From Bigelowiella natans CCMP2755 (Eukaryota; Protista; Cercozoa), in the NCBI GenBank assembly GCA_000320545.1, contig ADNK01003519.1, positions 1-40,995 of the forward strand: DNA of 40,995 nt. The letters are read 5' to 3'. The position numbers and the translations under genes were made by a program. Under the pieces are notes generated by a model. It ran no database searches, was not told the DNA's origin, and saw only the letters and a list, made by a program, of their open reading frames with translations. Positions 1 through 14,276 of this stretch are shown here, piece by piece (the stretch's first letter is position 1; every line of letters starts with the position of its first letter).

Positions 1-56
1 TACACACAAGAGGCCTCCTAACTACACCGCCACCAACACGGCAATCATCCATCTTC

Positions 57-969
57 TCAAAATGCATTCATATGAAAAGCATACTTCGGGAGAGATCTGT
101 ACGCGTCCGCAATTGCCTTGGAGAACCCGTCCTGGCGCTCCTTCGCTCTGTCGTTGTCGTCGGTTATTCTCGCCCCCCTCCCCTTGCCTCCTGTTTCCCG
201 CATTCTCTCCTCCCACGTTTTGGCCAGGGCTGGCATGTCTGTGGCCCAGGAGCTCACCACAGTGTTCGTGTCCACGATTTTGGACGCGGAACCTCCAATC
301 TGCAAGTTGCGGAGGATATTTGTGAGCGCATTGTCGTCGCCATTTTCCGTTATTCATCCATCATTATCATCATCACCATCGCCATCATCATCATCATCAT
401 CACCACCACCACCACCCGTTTGCATCTAAACGCTGCGGCATGTTTGTGTGGAGCAATTGCGTTTCTTGCGGTAGGCTCGTTCCGCGCAGTGTCCCACACC
501 GCACCATTACCGGCACGCCCCTCTCCAACGCGACAGCGGGGGCAGTCCCTCCCTCCCCCATCCTGCTCGCACCGCCGTGCGAGCTGCTATCATCCTTCGC
601 TACCAGCGGGCTGAGAATCTTGGCCGCTGTCTGCAGATTCTCGAGGATGCGCTGCATATCTAATATAGCTTCCTCAGGGGTATTGTAAGGACAATGGCAC
701 TTGCCTTGGCTGCCGTACATCGTTGTTGTGCGGCTTGCATTTGTTGTGTTGTAGGCACCGCACGGAGGAGCATTCGTGCCATTCGTCGTTGATACCGCAC
801 TTGCTATCGACGGTGCCTTCGCGGGTGGGAGGATGCTATCGATGGTGGCCATGATTCGCAGCCTTACAGATGCGAGGTTCAGGGCGTTTGCTCCGCGCGT
901 TTCCAGCTCAGCCTTCAGTCCTCCTGGTTAAAGTTGTTTGCTTTGTCGTAGATTTTTATGACATGTATA

Positions 970-1005
<36 letters not shown>

Positions 1006-1064
1006 CATATTTGTATATACATACATATAAGTGTGTGTGTGTGTTTGTGTGTGTTAGCGCGCGC

Positions 1065-1108
<44 letters not shown>

Positions 1109-1351
1109 TCTTACCATCTGATAGCAACTCGTATCCTAGAACCCCTCCTTCTTCTCTCCCTCTTCCCTCCCCATCAGCCGCCATTGCTCCTGCTCCGCTG
1201 CTACGATTAGCGTGCCTGCATCCGAATTTCTCGCCAAGTACCAGCTCTCCAAAGCGGAGCCCTCTAGCCAATTGCGCTTGTGGCGAATCTAACAGTCTAT
1301 CGGGAACGAAACGGTTTCAGGGAGCAATATCACAATTTATTACGTAAGTGC

Positions 1352-1393
<42 letters not shown>

Positions 1394-1404
1394 GCATGTG
1401 TTTG

Positions 1405-1445
<41 letters not shown>

Positions 1446-2267
1446 GTAGGTTGAAAATGATTTTATCTAAATTTAATTTGAAGCTTCTTCACCTATTAAC
1501 CCGGGCCAAAACTTGCTGGAAGAGGAAGCCTTTCTCTCGCCTCACCAGAAAGGCCCTCGACTCTGCCACAGATATCGACGTTGCGCTGCTACCGCTGCTG
1601 CCGTTGTCGCCCGCGGAACCTTTTAGAGAAACAGCAGCTAATGAAAGAGCGAAGGTAGCATGCAGATATATCCCTTGAAGCGTGGCGTGCGACAACACAA
1701 AAGGACATTCTCAAGGGGCGGTCCCTCACCTCCAGCTACTGCAGCTGCTACCGCGTTTAAGGAGGTCATGGAGAAGCGCCTCGAGGGCACCATGCCCCCC
1801 CCTGCAGGTTGGAATTCGCCACGGAGTCTTTTGTTTGGCGGTCGGCCTCCTTGGCCAGCAGCAGCAGCAGTGGCAGCGGCAGGTGCGATAGCAGTAGCAG
1901 CGCCTCTTTTCAAGGCGGCGCGCCCTCCCTTGACCTAGTTCCGAACGTATGATGACGAGGATGCATAAGAAGAGAGGCTACACGCAGCCACTCAGCACAC
2001 AAATCTCGAAGTTTTCTACCGCTGCGCACATCTACTGCTCCGGCTGCTGTGCCTCTACCACTGCTACGTGTATTCCGTGCGTACGTACCATTGACTGGTT
2101 GAGAAGCAAGAGTTTGTTATTCATTCCTGCCCTTCTTGGTCCTAAGGCCTCCCCCTGACACGATATATCGCAAGAGCGGTAACAGCGACACGTTTATCCT
2201 CTCCAGGGACACGCCGTCAATAGAAGGACGTTGCATCTGGATTTTCTTTCTCCGCATTCCCACTTTT

Positions 2268-2322
<55 letters not shown>

Positions 2323-2997
2323 TGTGTGATATATATACCCTTACGAGGTGGCCCCATTTCGCATCGATCAGAAGCCTCTTCCAATCCCGAACCATAAGCT
2401 TGTTGAGGCTGACAGAAGCTATGATACCGCCAACAACATGCCAGGAGCGATATTACATTAATTTCTGACTCATTTTAAATCATCATCATCATCGTCGTCG
2501 TCGTCATCATCCTCATCATCATCGAACATTATGTACCACGTACTAGCCACGAGTCTCTGGGGTTGAAAGTGCGGCAATTTCGCCACACAAGCTCTATATC
2601 AGCCCTGACCTGTGTTTTCCAAAAAAAAAAAGGGAAGGGGGGGGGGGGGGGGGTAGCACGAAAACACAACATTACGCCACGATTGGAATGGTGTCTCTTT
2701 TTGGGGAACCAATCCTTAATTTTAAAAATTTTTTTGGGGGGAAGTTTTTTTTAAAAATTTTTACCAACCCCATTCCCATCCTCCTCCTCCTCATCCTCAT
2801 CCTCATCCCCATGGCTATAAATGCATCGATTGGTGAGAAGGGTGCTCTTCTGCGCCGCTCGATGTCTCTCCTACCTCTTTCGGGTTATGGTAATGCGTAC
2901 GATTGCGAAGCCTTGCCGCTATCGTTCCTAAATCCATCGGGTTGCGCACAAGCGTGGTGTAGTGGGGGATGTTGAGGGCAATGGGGTCGACCTGATT

Positions 2998-3046
<49 letters not shown>

Positions 3047-3277
3047 TATTGAAAGCTTATGAGGAGCTGCGGGATTTGCATCAGTGAAACTGTCCATATC
3101 ATCACTATTTTCGGGGGGTATTCAGAGGCCGAAGAGCTCATGCGCTCTAGAGGATTCCAGCATGGGCCGACATCACACAAGAGTGGTTGTGGTGATCTGA
3201 TTACGGGCTGATTGAAGGCGCTTGCCATTGAGTTGTTCATAAGAGATCCAACAAGCGAAGTCACCTGTACAGCAAAA

Positions 3278-3346
<69 letters not shown>

Positions 3347-3370
3347 ATTGCGTGTGTGTGTGCATGTGTG

Positions 3371-3409
<39 letters not shown>

Positions 3410-3447
3410 AGAAGGTGGATAACACGCACTATATTGCTTTGGACATG

Positions 3448-3491
<44 letters not shown>

Positions 3492-4230
3492 ACATATTTA
3501 GGCACCATGCTCCAAACATCGTCTTTGGTCACGTTCCATTTTGCAGCAGCCGCATTACTCGTTCTTCCCACCACCCCTCCTCGAAAGCGCCCCAACAGCC
3601 GCTTCATGGTGCGAATGTTGGTGAAATTAAATCCCAATGAGGGGGTGGGGTGAGGCGATTGAGGCGCTTGTCGAGCTGCAGTCGTTGAAACAGACGGCTG
3701 TGCGTCTGGTGATAACGGGGATACTGTCGGGCCTTCCGCATATGTCCCAGGCTCCTCCGCATGCCAGTTTTTCACATTTGGCGTTTGTTTCGCAAATGTG
3801 CAGCGAGAGCTTCTGCTTCTCCTCGGAAGTAAATAAGTCCCCAGCAGGCTGTGGAATCAGTGAATATATGTGTTATCAGTAACGAGCATGCAATGCAGAA
3901 AGTAGTATGGACATGTGTCTGTCTAGGAGTGCGGACCTCGGACGATGGCGCTCATGGGGCTGTTCCCTCCGGTTGGCCACCAGCACCAAGGCCACACATA
4001 TTAGCCTTAGAGAAGCATCATTATGAAAGCAACGAATGAATGGGCAGTAGGTGCGACAAATTGACGACAAAGAAGGACGGAGACGATTATACTGAGGCAG
4101 GGCCATGTTTGATTTGTTGATTGTCTGGACATTGTGTTTGTCCAGGCGTTCAAGAATCATCATCTCTACCAGAGTGTAGACCAGCAAGTGCGAGTAGTGG
4201 GGCAGTTGTAGAGTGGGGGTCGGGATTCCG
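57..4230 (-). CDS. Multi-exon bromodomain-containing protein (5' end and several exons uncertain)
   Basis: Manually joined exons ~3202-3261 (..MASAFNQP), 2875-2991 ([34 protein letters not shown]) and ~2542-2607 ([17 protein letters not shown]) give the canonical bromodomain motifs (PVD..Y..PMDL.TI; D..L...N...N). Further GT-AG-bounded exons continue down to the stop at 57-59. Confidence 0.65.
972..1107. repeat. Intronic compound microsatellite (TA)n/(TG)n/(TA)n, representative of many in host introns (also ~1355-1448, 2272-2335, 3000-3045, 3278-3407, 3448-3490, 5141-5186, 7328-7366, 7730-7775, 39523-39565, 40234-40370, 40483-40540)
   Basis: Dinucleotide and trinucleotide runs are directly visible inside predicted introns. 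Confidence 0.95.
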
Positions 4231-4966
4231 GGAACGGCCTCATCTGCTCTGAATCATGCCAATACTTCTCTCTCAATGTAAAGGCAGGATAACATGGTGG
4301 TGGGCATAAAAGTCGTTGCTTTGTGTGAGCTCAACACGCATTCATATCCAGGCGGCCGTTGCCATTCCAACGGGGTACGCCTAGGAGTCGTAAGTTTGCA
4401 GATTAGTGTTTCAGGACAATATTTATTGGATATATTCTGGGCAAATATCGTTTAACAATGATAGGAATTTGTCTTTCCGCTCAAGATGAAACGGCTGTGG
4501 CATTCCAAGGACGACGCTCGCAGCCGAGAGAATATCCAAAGAAAACAAACCTTTCCCACTCAATTCCAACTGCATGTGCTCGGCCAGTACTAACCGATGC
4601 TCGTATCGTGGGATGTCGCTGCCGATAAACCGTCTAAATTTATTTGGTACTAAATATCTTACATTTCAGACCTGCGCCATACCTCACAGTGGCTATCGAT
4701 ACTTAAATCGTGTCTTACATCTCAATTGGGCAGCAAGCAAAAATTTCGCCATAAAACTTAGGAAAAGACATGGTATTTTTATTGTCGTAATGTGGAAAAG
4801 GAGAACCTGCTTCTTTCTTCTCGTGCTCTTTTCCCCTTCCGAAGACCGCGCACGATGGCGTGCACTACTAACAGCTTTACTTAGTTTTCCGGCGAGCCCT
4901 CCAGCACACTAAACACCAACTTTCCAAGCGCTTGGTATTCCATCTCAATCCCGCTTTCTGGCCCGA

Positions 4967-5138
4967 ATGAATGCTATCGTCGCTCCGCTCCTCCTGATCT
5001 CAGCTGCATCCGCAACTTGGGAGAAGGTAGCCGAGCCATCATCAGCTCTAGACGCTACTAATGATGCCCAAAGCTCGCTGAACTTAATGGCGGGTCCTTG
5101 TGCCATGATAAAATCTTGGAATGGTAGCAGATCTCAAT

Positions 5139-5190
<52 letters not shown>

Positions 5191-5931
5191 CGTTTTCCTT
5201 ACATACAAATGTTCACCAAGGTATGTTATGAGATCGATTGTAGATTATCATTGAATTTCATAGCCATCTTTAAAGTTGACATTCAATCAGTTGAAGGGGC
5301 CCACCCGGTATCAGAGAAGGAAATTGTAATCGGGGCAGGAGAAGGAACAACAGGAACGCATACTGTAGCAGAGCTTATCCATCAGTTTCATCCAGACAAA
5401 AAACGGCCTGTGGTTCACTGGAATGATATTTATGGAAACTTCAAAGAGCATAGTCAGAAGTACAACGACACGATGCGAATGTGGAGGAAAGATTACTGGA
5501 GCCTCATAACGATTAAGCCAGAAGACCTCCCCACCTACAACTTTACAATCTTAGAGAAGTATGCTGGCATGGCGGACTCGCCATTTCCACAACTGTTTCC
5601 GTACATCTATCGTCAGTTTCCAAACGCAAAAGTTATTCTGAGCATCCGTGAGCCCTTTGAATGGGTGTCAAAGCGCATGAATCATGAAAAGTCTCCCATT
5701 CCTTTCGCTGATATAACAATGGGTTCTCATAGCTCTGTAATTAACAAAGAAGTGCATGCTAACGTGCTCACCGTTAGAGCTCCCCCAGCCTCGAGTGCGC
5801 TGTTGTTTAGCCTACATAATGCCCTTATTCGGTGCATGGTTCGCCCAGGAAAGCTGCTGGTTATCGATCTATTTAGGGAAGATTTTAAGGACATTAAGGC
5901 TAGGGTCAAAAAGTTCCTACATGGAAACTGA
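4967..5931 (+). CDS. Sulfotransferase-family protein (Sulfotransfer_4-like P-loop fold) with a signal peptide-like N-terminus
   Basis: VIGAGEGTTGT (PAPS-binding loop), MADSPF and FPNAKVILSIREPFEWV motifs. Hydrophobic N-terminus MNAIVAPLLLISAASA. Probable intron ~5124-5275 containing (CT)n; an alternative donor exists at 5221. Confidence 0.75.
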
Positions 5932-6695
5932 TACAGCTAGACATAATGTTCACCCAGTTAATGCGAGCCGAAACCGTGAATTCGTTGCGTGCTTGGTCGT
6001 GCAGAGGGTGAATGGCATGTTTACAGACGAATGACCGCGATGAGAGCACGTATTGTCAATCTGCCTAGCCTAGTGGCTTTTCGATTGGAATGACGCGTCA
6101 CTTGGCTTAAGTTGGCCGACGTGAGGTGCACGCTAGCGCGTAGAATAATGCTTCAATAACTCCGCGCATGCATAGCATATGCATGCTACGCTAGCTACGG
6201 CTCTCTAACAAGGCGATCCAGCGATGCGTTAACTAATAATGAGATGATTTCAATTTATAAATAACACGATCTAGTGTTGTGTACATGCGCGATGAGCGTA
6301 CCGAGAGATCTAGACATGCTAGCATGGCATGGCTTTTTGCACCCTAGCTTGATTGTTCACTTTGGAGGCAAACTAGCAAGCTAGCAAGACTAGAAGAACC
6401 ACGCTCCGCGAGCCGCTCTATCTAGCGCTGATCCGACAAGTGAGCTAGCTAGCTAGTGAGGCCCAGAAACGTGCCGCACCGCACAAGCACGATCGTAGCC
6501 TAGCTAGCTGGTGTGTATACTCAAGACACTGTGTACATCTAGACATCTCTAAATCTACTTTCGCACGGATCACGCATTCCTCGCATCTAGGCATGTTCAA
6601 TTTCTGGTACATCAATCAAGCAATACAAAAGTAGCAACGACAGATTCTCTAACAACAATGCTGAGATTCCGCCTCCATACTCCGGTCCACTGCAT

Positions 6696-7326
6696 TCACG
6701 AATAACGCTCCACTAATTCAATCAACGCGAACTTGAAGTAGTCGATGTCCCCTTCCTGGTCAAAATCCTGTGGAAACAATGGCACAATGTCATTTTTTGC
6801 AGACTATCTAGCTATACTTGGAAAATGGCAAAATTCTAGATAAATAAGTATATTGTTTTGACTTGTTGCTCTTACGCATGATGGACATGTTCACTTTAGA
6901 CAACAAGGTAGAGTGTGCGTGTTAGGAGATGCGCGTGGAGATTACAACCTCGGCAATCTGTAAGACTTGAGGCTCTTGGTCGATGATCCAGTCTTTCAAC
7001 TTTGACTGTTATATTAATGATGATGATGAAAAGCATATATATCACTAGCTATATTCACATCATCAGCCTGCGTGTGGTACGTCTGCTTTATGTAGCTGGC
7101 ACTCTCCCCTACATTACCTCCGGAATTTCAAATCAAAGCTTAAAAAAAGGAATGCCAGGGGGAAATGACATTTCGAGCAGCCAAGATCTGGGTTTCGATC
7201 TCAATTAATGCTTTCGTCGTTGTTGAACACCGCCAGCAGCACTACACCACAAAACTCACCTTGGAATCTCTTGAGATCTCTCCTGTCTGGGCCAATGCGG
7301 CAACGAACTGCAATTTGAGGAACGTG

Positions 7327-7369
<43 letters not shown>

Positions 7370-7728
7370 AAGGGGCAAATAGGAGTTTGGGAGGGAAACC
7401 TTGCCGGGGAAGTGCATTATGATGGCGCAGGAGATACGTGTCTACTTACACGTACAACGCATAAGAAATATGGATGTGTATAACCTTGAGTAGAATTCGT
7501 GTGAGATGGAATTGCTTCGATTTCCTCTGATAAATGGGCTCCTCTTCCTCCTCTTCCTCCTCCTCCTCATATTCGCCATCATCATCGTCGTAGTCATCAT
7601 CAGCAACACCTGCACGCAACACCAGCCAACAAGCTATTCAGCATTTCCTGCTCGGTATAGGCTCTCCCACTTGCGCAAACGCGAGATGCAAAGCAACTAC
7701 CCGTGCGAGTGCGTGTAGACGGTAAGAT

Positions 7729-7779
<51 letters not shown>

Positions 7780-10362
7780 TGGAAAGATGGAGGGGGAGGA
7801 GGAGGATGAAGAGAAGGTGCGAGGGGGTTTCCCTTTGTTTTAAAGTGTTTGGCTTGCTTTCTGGAAGGATTTGAAGGGAAATAATGTCCTTTGAGGTTGG
7901 ATCCGCATACTTCTTTCTTCTAGGTGCCGATTCAAGCACCCAACACGCAAGCGAATACAGACCTCTATATTTATAATCCTTTTCATCTTCCCCATCGTCG
8001 TCCTCCTCTGCCATAGCCTGATGGATCAAAGCCAATTCAAAGTTACAGACTGCAGCAGCAGCTGCTACATGAGTAAATATCTTTCTCTCTCTCTCTCTCC
8101 CTCTCTCCTTCCCTCTTACACACCCAAACCAGCCTACCCCTCCACACCCTCCCTCATAAACACACAATGAGAAAGAGAGAGGGGGGGGGGGGGGAAGGAG
8201 AAAGCGCACAAAGAGAAACAGACAAATGCAATCTTAGAGAAATATATATTGACATTGCCCATTCCGACCAACATTGTCATCATCATCATCATCATCATCA
8301 TCCTCATCAGTGTCATTCTCTACTTTGAAGTATTCAGAGTAGTTTGCCGGGTTAATGATGCCGCGGTTCGAAAGCTCCTGCAATCATCCACGTATTGGCG
8401 CATTTATTTAAGTTCCACGTTTCCAGCAAACAGCAGATATGCCGTTGGGTTTCACATGTTTTTGGTCTGTTTACCTCGATCGATTTCCTATTCGCGAAGC
8501 TGTAATGAAAGTTGGAGCGCTTCAAGTTAAATTCCAGCTTCTTCGACGCGGCCTGTAGTGGGATTGAGATTGGGTGATGGGTGGGGGTGGTAAGGAAGAA
8601 TAAGAAGCAACCCCGCGCGCTCTGGCCACTATTCTCTCTAAGATACAGCAGAGAGAATATGGAGGCGGAGCGCTATGCATTATGCAAGTATCTATCATCC
8701 TTTATCTTGAGGCTGTCGGCGTACACGCCTCCTCTCTCAACAATGAACAAGAACCCGTGCAGTGTACCTGTAGGGCAGGGGCGATTTTTGTCTTCTCCAG
8801 AATCCCTTGGTTTTCCAATTCCTTCTTGTCTTGCCTACAATGTGTGTGTGTGTGTGTGTTGTGTGGGTTTGGTGGGGGGGGGGGAATGGGGAGGGGGTGG
8901 AGGGGTGTTCAGGTAGGAGGATGCAAAATTTGGAGGCTCGAACCAGCGATACGCTACACGCTTTTGGGAAGGGAGGAGTTTGCATTGTTGTTGTTGTTGT
9001 TGTTGTTGCATTGTTGTTGCTGTTGTTGATATGGGGTTGAATGACCTCCTTTCTAGCAAGTGGCCTACTTTGTCTGTTCTTCGGCAGTGCTCGAGCTTCT
9101 TTGCGACAGCCTGCAAGTTGTTGGTATCAAACCGTTATTTGCCGTCGTTCTTGATAGGGAGCACCATTCGCAAGTGCAGGAAGAGGGGAGGGGGCGGAGG
9201 GGGGGGGGGGGGGGGCAGGAAGAGAGGCCGCAGTGTTGCGTTTAGAACACCCCCAAAACAATCCCAAATTGAAAAAGATGGACTTCGAGACCGACCGACA
9301 CGAAAAATGTCCCAATACCTTCACTTTGGAAGAGATTCTGGGGTTGACAATGCCCGCGTCCACGAGCTCCTCGGGTGTCGGGCCTATTCACGGAAATGTA
9401 GAACGAAATTCAGACTTTATGCGAGAATGGCCTACATTAGCACTTACGCGTTGCCAGGAGCTTTCCGAGCTTATTCTTTGTCATTTCCCGCTCCAACTTC
9501 TTGCTCACGGCACGGAGAGCCGGGGCAACGTTTTGTGCTGATTAAAGCCACGAAGATTCGAGTGAGGCGGGAGTGTGGAAACATGATTCTCGGAGACTTG
9601 ACTAGCGGGGGGATACATTGCTTATTACCTGGGACCAAGCTTTCATTCTTCTTTGCATCTGCGATCCTCTTCGCTCTCTGGGAGAAATCGGTTAGAAAAT
9701 AAAGCCTGAGTTTTCCCTGGCATTCACGCTGCATATTTTGAATATATCTGGGCATTCTTCCCTACCCCTTCGAGCTCGCGGTTCAGAGCGTCCGACTTCA
9801 ACTTAAACTCCAGCTGAAGTTAGAGTGAGGTCATGAACGGTTTTCATCAGAATGAATGAGCAACGCTTATACCTTTTTTGCCGCCCCTTGTAAAGCAGGT
9901 GCAAGCTTCTCGCTCACTCCGCATTCTGCGCGTGTTAGTACAGCAACGTCTCAGGGCACAATACCCAACCCAACGCTTTCACATATGTACTCAGCAGCCT
10001 GGAAGCAGCATACCTTTTTCGATTTCATCCTTACTAGGACGATTATCTATTTTCTGGTTGAGTTTCTTCTCTAGATTCGCTTTCTCAAGAGCGCTGATCG
10101 CGCCGGCGAGCTTTCCGCCTTCGGTGTTAGTTAGAGTACGTGAGGGGACAACATTGGCAAAGCTTCCTGCTTTTAGTTCTTGGAGGTGAAATGTACCTTT
10201 CTTCAAGATATTCTTCTCTTGCACCTCGACTTTACTCGGCCGCTTTGCTAATTTTTTTTGCAGCGTCTCCTTGACATCTTTTTTGGTAGATTTTACGTCC
10301 TCATTGCCCTTACTTTGTCCCTTTTGCTTATCCCCGTCGGTCTTCTGATCCCCTTCGGGCAT
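6696..10362 (-). CDS. Multi-exon RPEL-repeat (G-actin-binding) protein; exons below ~8300 are less certain
   Basis: Spliced exons give repeated RPEL-type units: LQKKLAKRPSKVEVQEKNIL, LNQKIDNRPSKDEIEK, LGKLLATRPTPEELVDAGIV, VGHLLERRQDKKELENQGIL, FANRKSIEELSNRGII. They are separated by APALQ/AxSKKLE linkers. Confidence 0.65.
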
Positions 10363-10978
10363 ATTTCAGTGTCCGTTGATCGTATGGACTGTGTGTAAAG
10401 AAAAGTTTTAGAATAATACTAGCGGTGATGGATGCACCGCCATTTTGGTGATGTTGTCATGGCAAACATTTACAATTGTAAGGTCTACTATTTTTCCTCT
10501 CATATATCGATGTGTGGTGATTCGCTCCATTCCAATCAAAACCCTTCCCCAACCCGGCCTATCTCCCGCGCAAACGGCCGACCGGGTGACAGTTAGATTT
10601 GTAAGACCACTGATCGTAACTGAGACAAAATGAAATAACTCGAACATAGGCCATTTTTCACAAGCGTCTTCAAATTTCTCTGACACTCTGGTATAAACGG
10701 AGTTGAAGATTCCTCTGTGCATGTGATCAGGGGGCGCTTTTCTGGAAGAAATACCCTTGATCTTTCCCCAGTCGTTCTTGAAGTTTTTCGAGAAGAGATG
10801 CTACGATATTCTCGGGTTAGTTTGCGTGCCGATTTCCAACATTTTTAGGCAAAATATTGCACGAAGTATATCTGATTCCAGAAAAGACGCATCGCTGAAT
10901 ACGTCATCGCACCCTTTCCCCCCCCCCGCCTCCCGCGTCCGTGGCAGCCAAATCGGGCGACGTTAAGACTGTGAGGCT

Positions 10979-13900
10979 ATGTCCGCTGCCACGCAAGGGC
11001 TAACTCAGAAAGTCAACCGGCTGCTGAGCTCTAATGTATCCATCGCATCGGCGGGGATGGTCAGCTGCCTCAATGGAGTGTAAGTGCACACCATTTTCAC
11101 CCTCTTTTCATGCTTTAAAGATTGCATGGACCCAGGTCGGAGTTCGTACCAAAGGGAGGGAACACTCTTGCTGCCCGCAGGCAGCTACAGCATCAGCTAG
11201 AAGCAAAGGACCTACAGCACTGCAAAGAGCTTCTCGAGCGCTTCTCACCAGTGAGCAAAGTCTTTGAGGCAACAGGTCCATTTCTGAGCATGAGCAGAAT
11301 AAGGGGAAAGAGAGGGAGAGGGGGAGGCGGGTGCTGTAGTCATAATCTCCACACAATCACAAATGCTTCACTTCCATCGCCTTTCGGCGCCCAAATATCA
11401 AACGAGGACGTCGTGCTAACAATTAGAGCGAATATTGGACGATTTAAATGCAACCGTAGAAGCTGCGAGTGAGAGGGTTAAAGCGGCGAGGAAGAGCTCA
11501 GGGTCTCTCGTCGAGCGCGCGTCAAAGCTTGAGGAGGAGAAGAAGATCATACAATCCAAGTCGAAGGTGGTGAACAAGCTGCTTAGCCAATTTCAGCTCC
11601 AGGCGCACCACAGCAAGGCTCTTGAAAGCAACGAAGTGGACGAAAACATGCTCGACGCTATAGAGAGGATCAACGAGATACGAGACAATTTGCCATGTCC
11701 TTCTTGGTAATCCACACACACACGCACACGCACACTGGATTCTTTGTGACATTCCTTCCTGAATGCCACACCATCGCCAAATTGCAGAAAGCTACCAGCG
11801 CGTCGGATTGGACATGATTGAGAGCCTCGCCAAGCGGCAGGAAAGAGCGTACCGCGTCCTGTTCCATTGGACCCAAAAGCATGTTCAAAGCATTGCGGAG
11901 AACACCGGAGGGGCTCTAAATCCCATATTCACCCGAGGTCTGCTTGTCTTTCCCCCCTCTCCAAGACGCATGTTTTGATAAATAATATGGGAACGATTGC
12001 AGGTCTTGAGCTTCTAAAGCAGCGGCCGGCCTATTTCTCACACTGCCTCGATATGGTTGAACCCGACTGGGAATGGGAGGAGAGTATGCACGAGGAAGGG
12101 GGTGGGGGAAGGAGGGGGGGGGAAGGGTAAATATGATAATGATTCTTTCCTGACGAAGCCGTCCTGCTCACATCTCTGTTATCAAACAACAGGTAGCAAA
12201 TGCGAGGCGCATCGTGATGATAAAGAGGTTCATAGCAGCTCTATGCCGGGGAGGGCCGAACGGGCAGCCCAGGCCAATCGAAATACATGCCGGGGACCCC
12301 ATTCGTTACGTCTCTGATATGCTCGCATGGGTGCATCAGGCTGTCGCAATGGAGAGGGAATTCCTGCTCTCACTCATAACAACGACAGCGTCAGATGGCC
12401 AGAGGGCGACGATGCCCAGACAAGGGCATGCGGAGAACCTGGATTCGAAGAGGAGGGGCAACGCAACAGAGAAGGAGGAGGTGGGAGGGGGGGGGGGGGG
12501 GGACGTGAAAAGCGAAAGGGAAAAGGAGGAGGACCAGCAAGCGCAGCTCATAAGTTCTGTCAGCCGTGTGTTGGAGGGGCTTGCGAGGCCTCTCAGCGTC
12601 CGCGTGGAACAGAGCCTTGTCTTCCAGCCGAGCACCGTGCTCTCCTACAACTTGCGCTCTACAATAGACTTTTACTACCGAACGCTGCGGCCGCTGGTAG
12701 TCCCCACGGGGGTGTTTGCGAAGGCGGTGCAAGCCTTGGTGGAGAAGGCGCAAGCCACTTTTGAGAAGCTCGTCGAGACGCAGATAAAGCAGCTCTCCGA
12801 AGCCGCCGCGCCGTACACAAACGACCTGTCCCCCCCCGAGGCCATCCAGACCGTCCTTGACCAAGTGTCTAGTCTGGTGAAGGTGGGAGCCGATGCAATG
12901 ATGATGATTATGATTATGGATGAATGGCAAACTAATAGCGATTGGTTTTAATGGTCGTGGCAATGACGACGACGACGACGACGACGACGATGATGATGAT
13001 GATGATAATAGTAAAAGATTTCATCATCATCATCATCATCATCGTCGTCGTCGTCGTCGTCATCATCGTTGCCATTACCACCATCATTGTATCGTTTGTG
13101 TTGTGTGTTTGTGCCGTGTGTGCGTGCCAAACTGGCGGCGAAACACACCAAAGCTTTCACCTGCTGCCGTGTTGCGCTGTACCGGGGAAACAGACGGAAC
13201 AATAATTGTTTATTGCACCCTATGCCTAAACATGACAGCGCGATTTTGCCGACCCAAAACCGATGCTTTCAAAGCTGCGCTTTGCAGTTGATCGTTGACG
13301 ATTGACGATATTGCACAGGTCCACGAAGGATGCCTCGTCCCTGCGGAGCACAAAGACCACGCTTTCATCCCCATTCTAGAAAAGCTCGTGGCTGCGATTC
13401 GCAAGGGCGCCGAAGCTAGCGCAGAGGGTCGGATAATATGAAATCGTAGCAGCGAGCATCTAAGGACAATTACCTGCATTTTATCTTTTTAAAAAGCCTT
13501 CTCTTGACCATGCTTGACCCCCCCCCCATGCTTATGTTGTTCGTGTTCGAATTATTCCACCAAGTTTTTGTGATGGTGGAGGGATATTCACGATAGAAAA
13601 GTGGCTAATAAATATATTTGTGCCCCCTCCCCCCCCCACCCTCTGGATCGTGTTTCCCTCACCCTCACACAGGCCTAGATGGGGCGAATAGATCCGTGTT
13701 TCAGCTAAACATCCTCTGTGCCCTGGAGATGGCCTTACAATCGCCTGAGCCCCGCATTCGAGACTCACGGAGCAAGATTTCCGCAGAGATAAAGGCGAAG
13801 CTCGGCGGCCTCGTGCGCACACAGGCCGACGCGTTTTTGGAGAAATCTGGGCTGCGGAACATATATCGGGCGGCATCAGAGGCCAGAGACAAGAAGATCA

Positions 13901-14276
13901 AGCTGAGCGAAGTCAAAGGTAGATGCGGTTCTCAATGATCATGGCATCGAGGATGATGATGATGATGATAATGATGATGATCAAAATAGGTACCCAAATG
14001 GCGACGGTATCGAAGGCGTCACTGCAAAAGGAGCTCGGGCGCTTCTACACATACTTGGTGGGAATCAGCACTCTCCTCACCCCGGAGATAGACAGGGTGG
14101 GCGACCCTTGGATTCGAGTCACCACACGGGAAGGTGTTGGGCTCATCGTTTCGGAGTCGTATAAAATCGTCCATAGTGTCATATCAGATCCGAGTCTTAG
14201 CGGCCTGGGAGAAGGGGAGGCTGCTGTGATCCTGCGGCACACTCCAGAGCATGTGAAAACATTATTGGACCTGTGA
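10979..14276 (+). CDS. COG6: Conserved oligomeric Golgi complex subunit 6 (multi-exon)
   Basis: NTLAARRQL near the N-terminus, the hallmark ALCRGGPNGQPRPIEIHAGDPIRYVSDMLAWVHQA, and C-terminal LRHTPEHVKTLL*. Start MSAATQGLTQKVNRLLSSN at 10979. Confidence 0.92.

Noticed and set aside
958-1678. Plus-strand gene suggested by a GTAAGT at ~1344 and ORFs 958-1347 and 1406-1678
   Set aside because: Minus-strand segments here have GT-AG boundaries and at least one junction joins in frame within the bromodomain gene; the plus-strand ORFs look like antisense shadows.
870-3775. ORFs with YIYIYI, HTHTHT, CVCVCV or SLSLSL tracts (also at 7165-9116, 12920-13305 and 39367-40553)
   Set aside because: These are translations of intronic microsatellites, not proteins.
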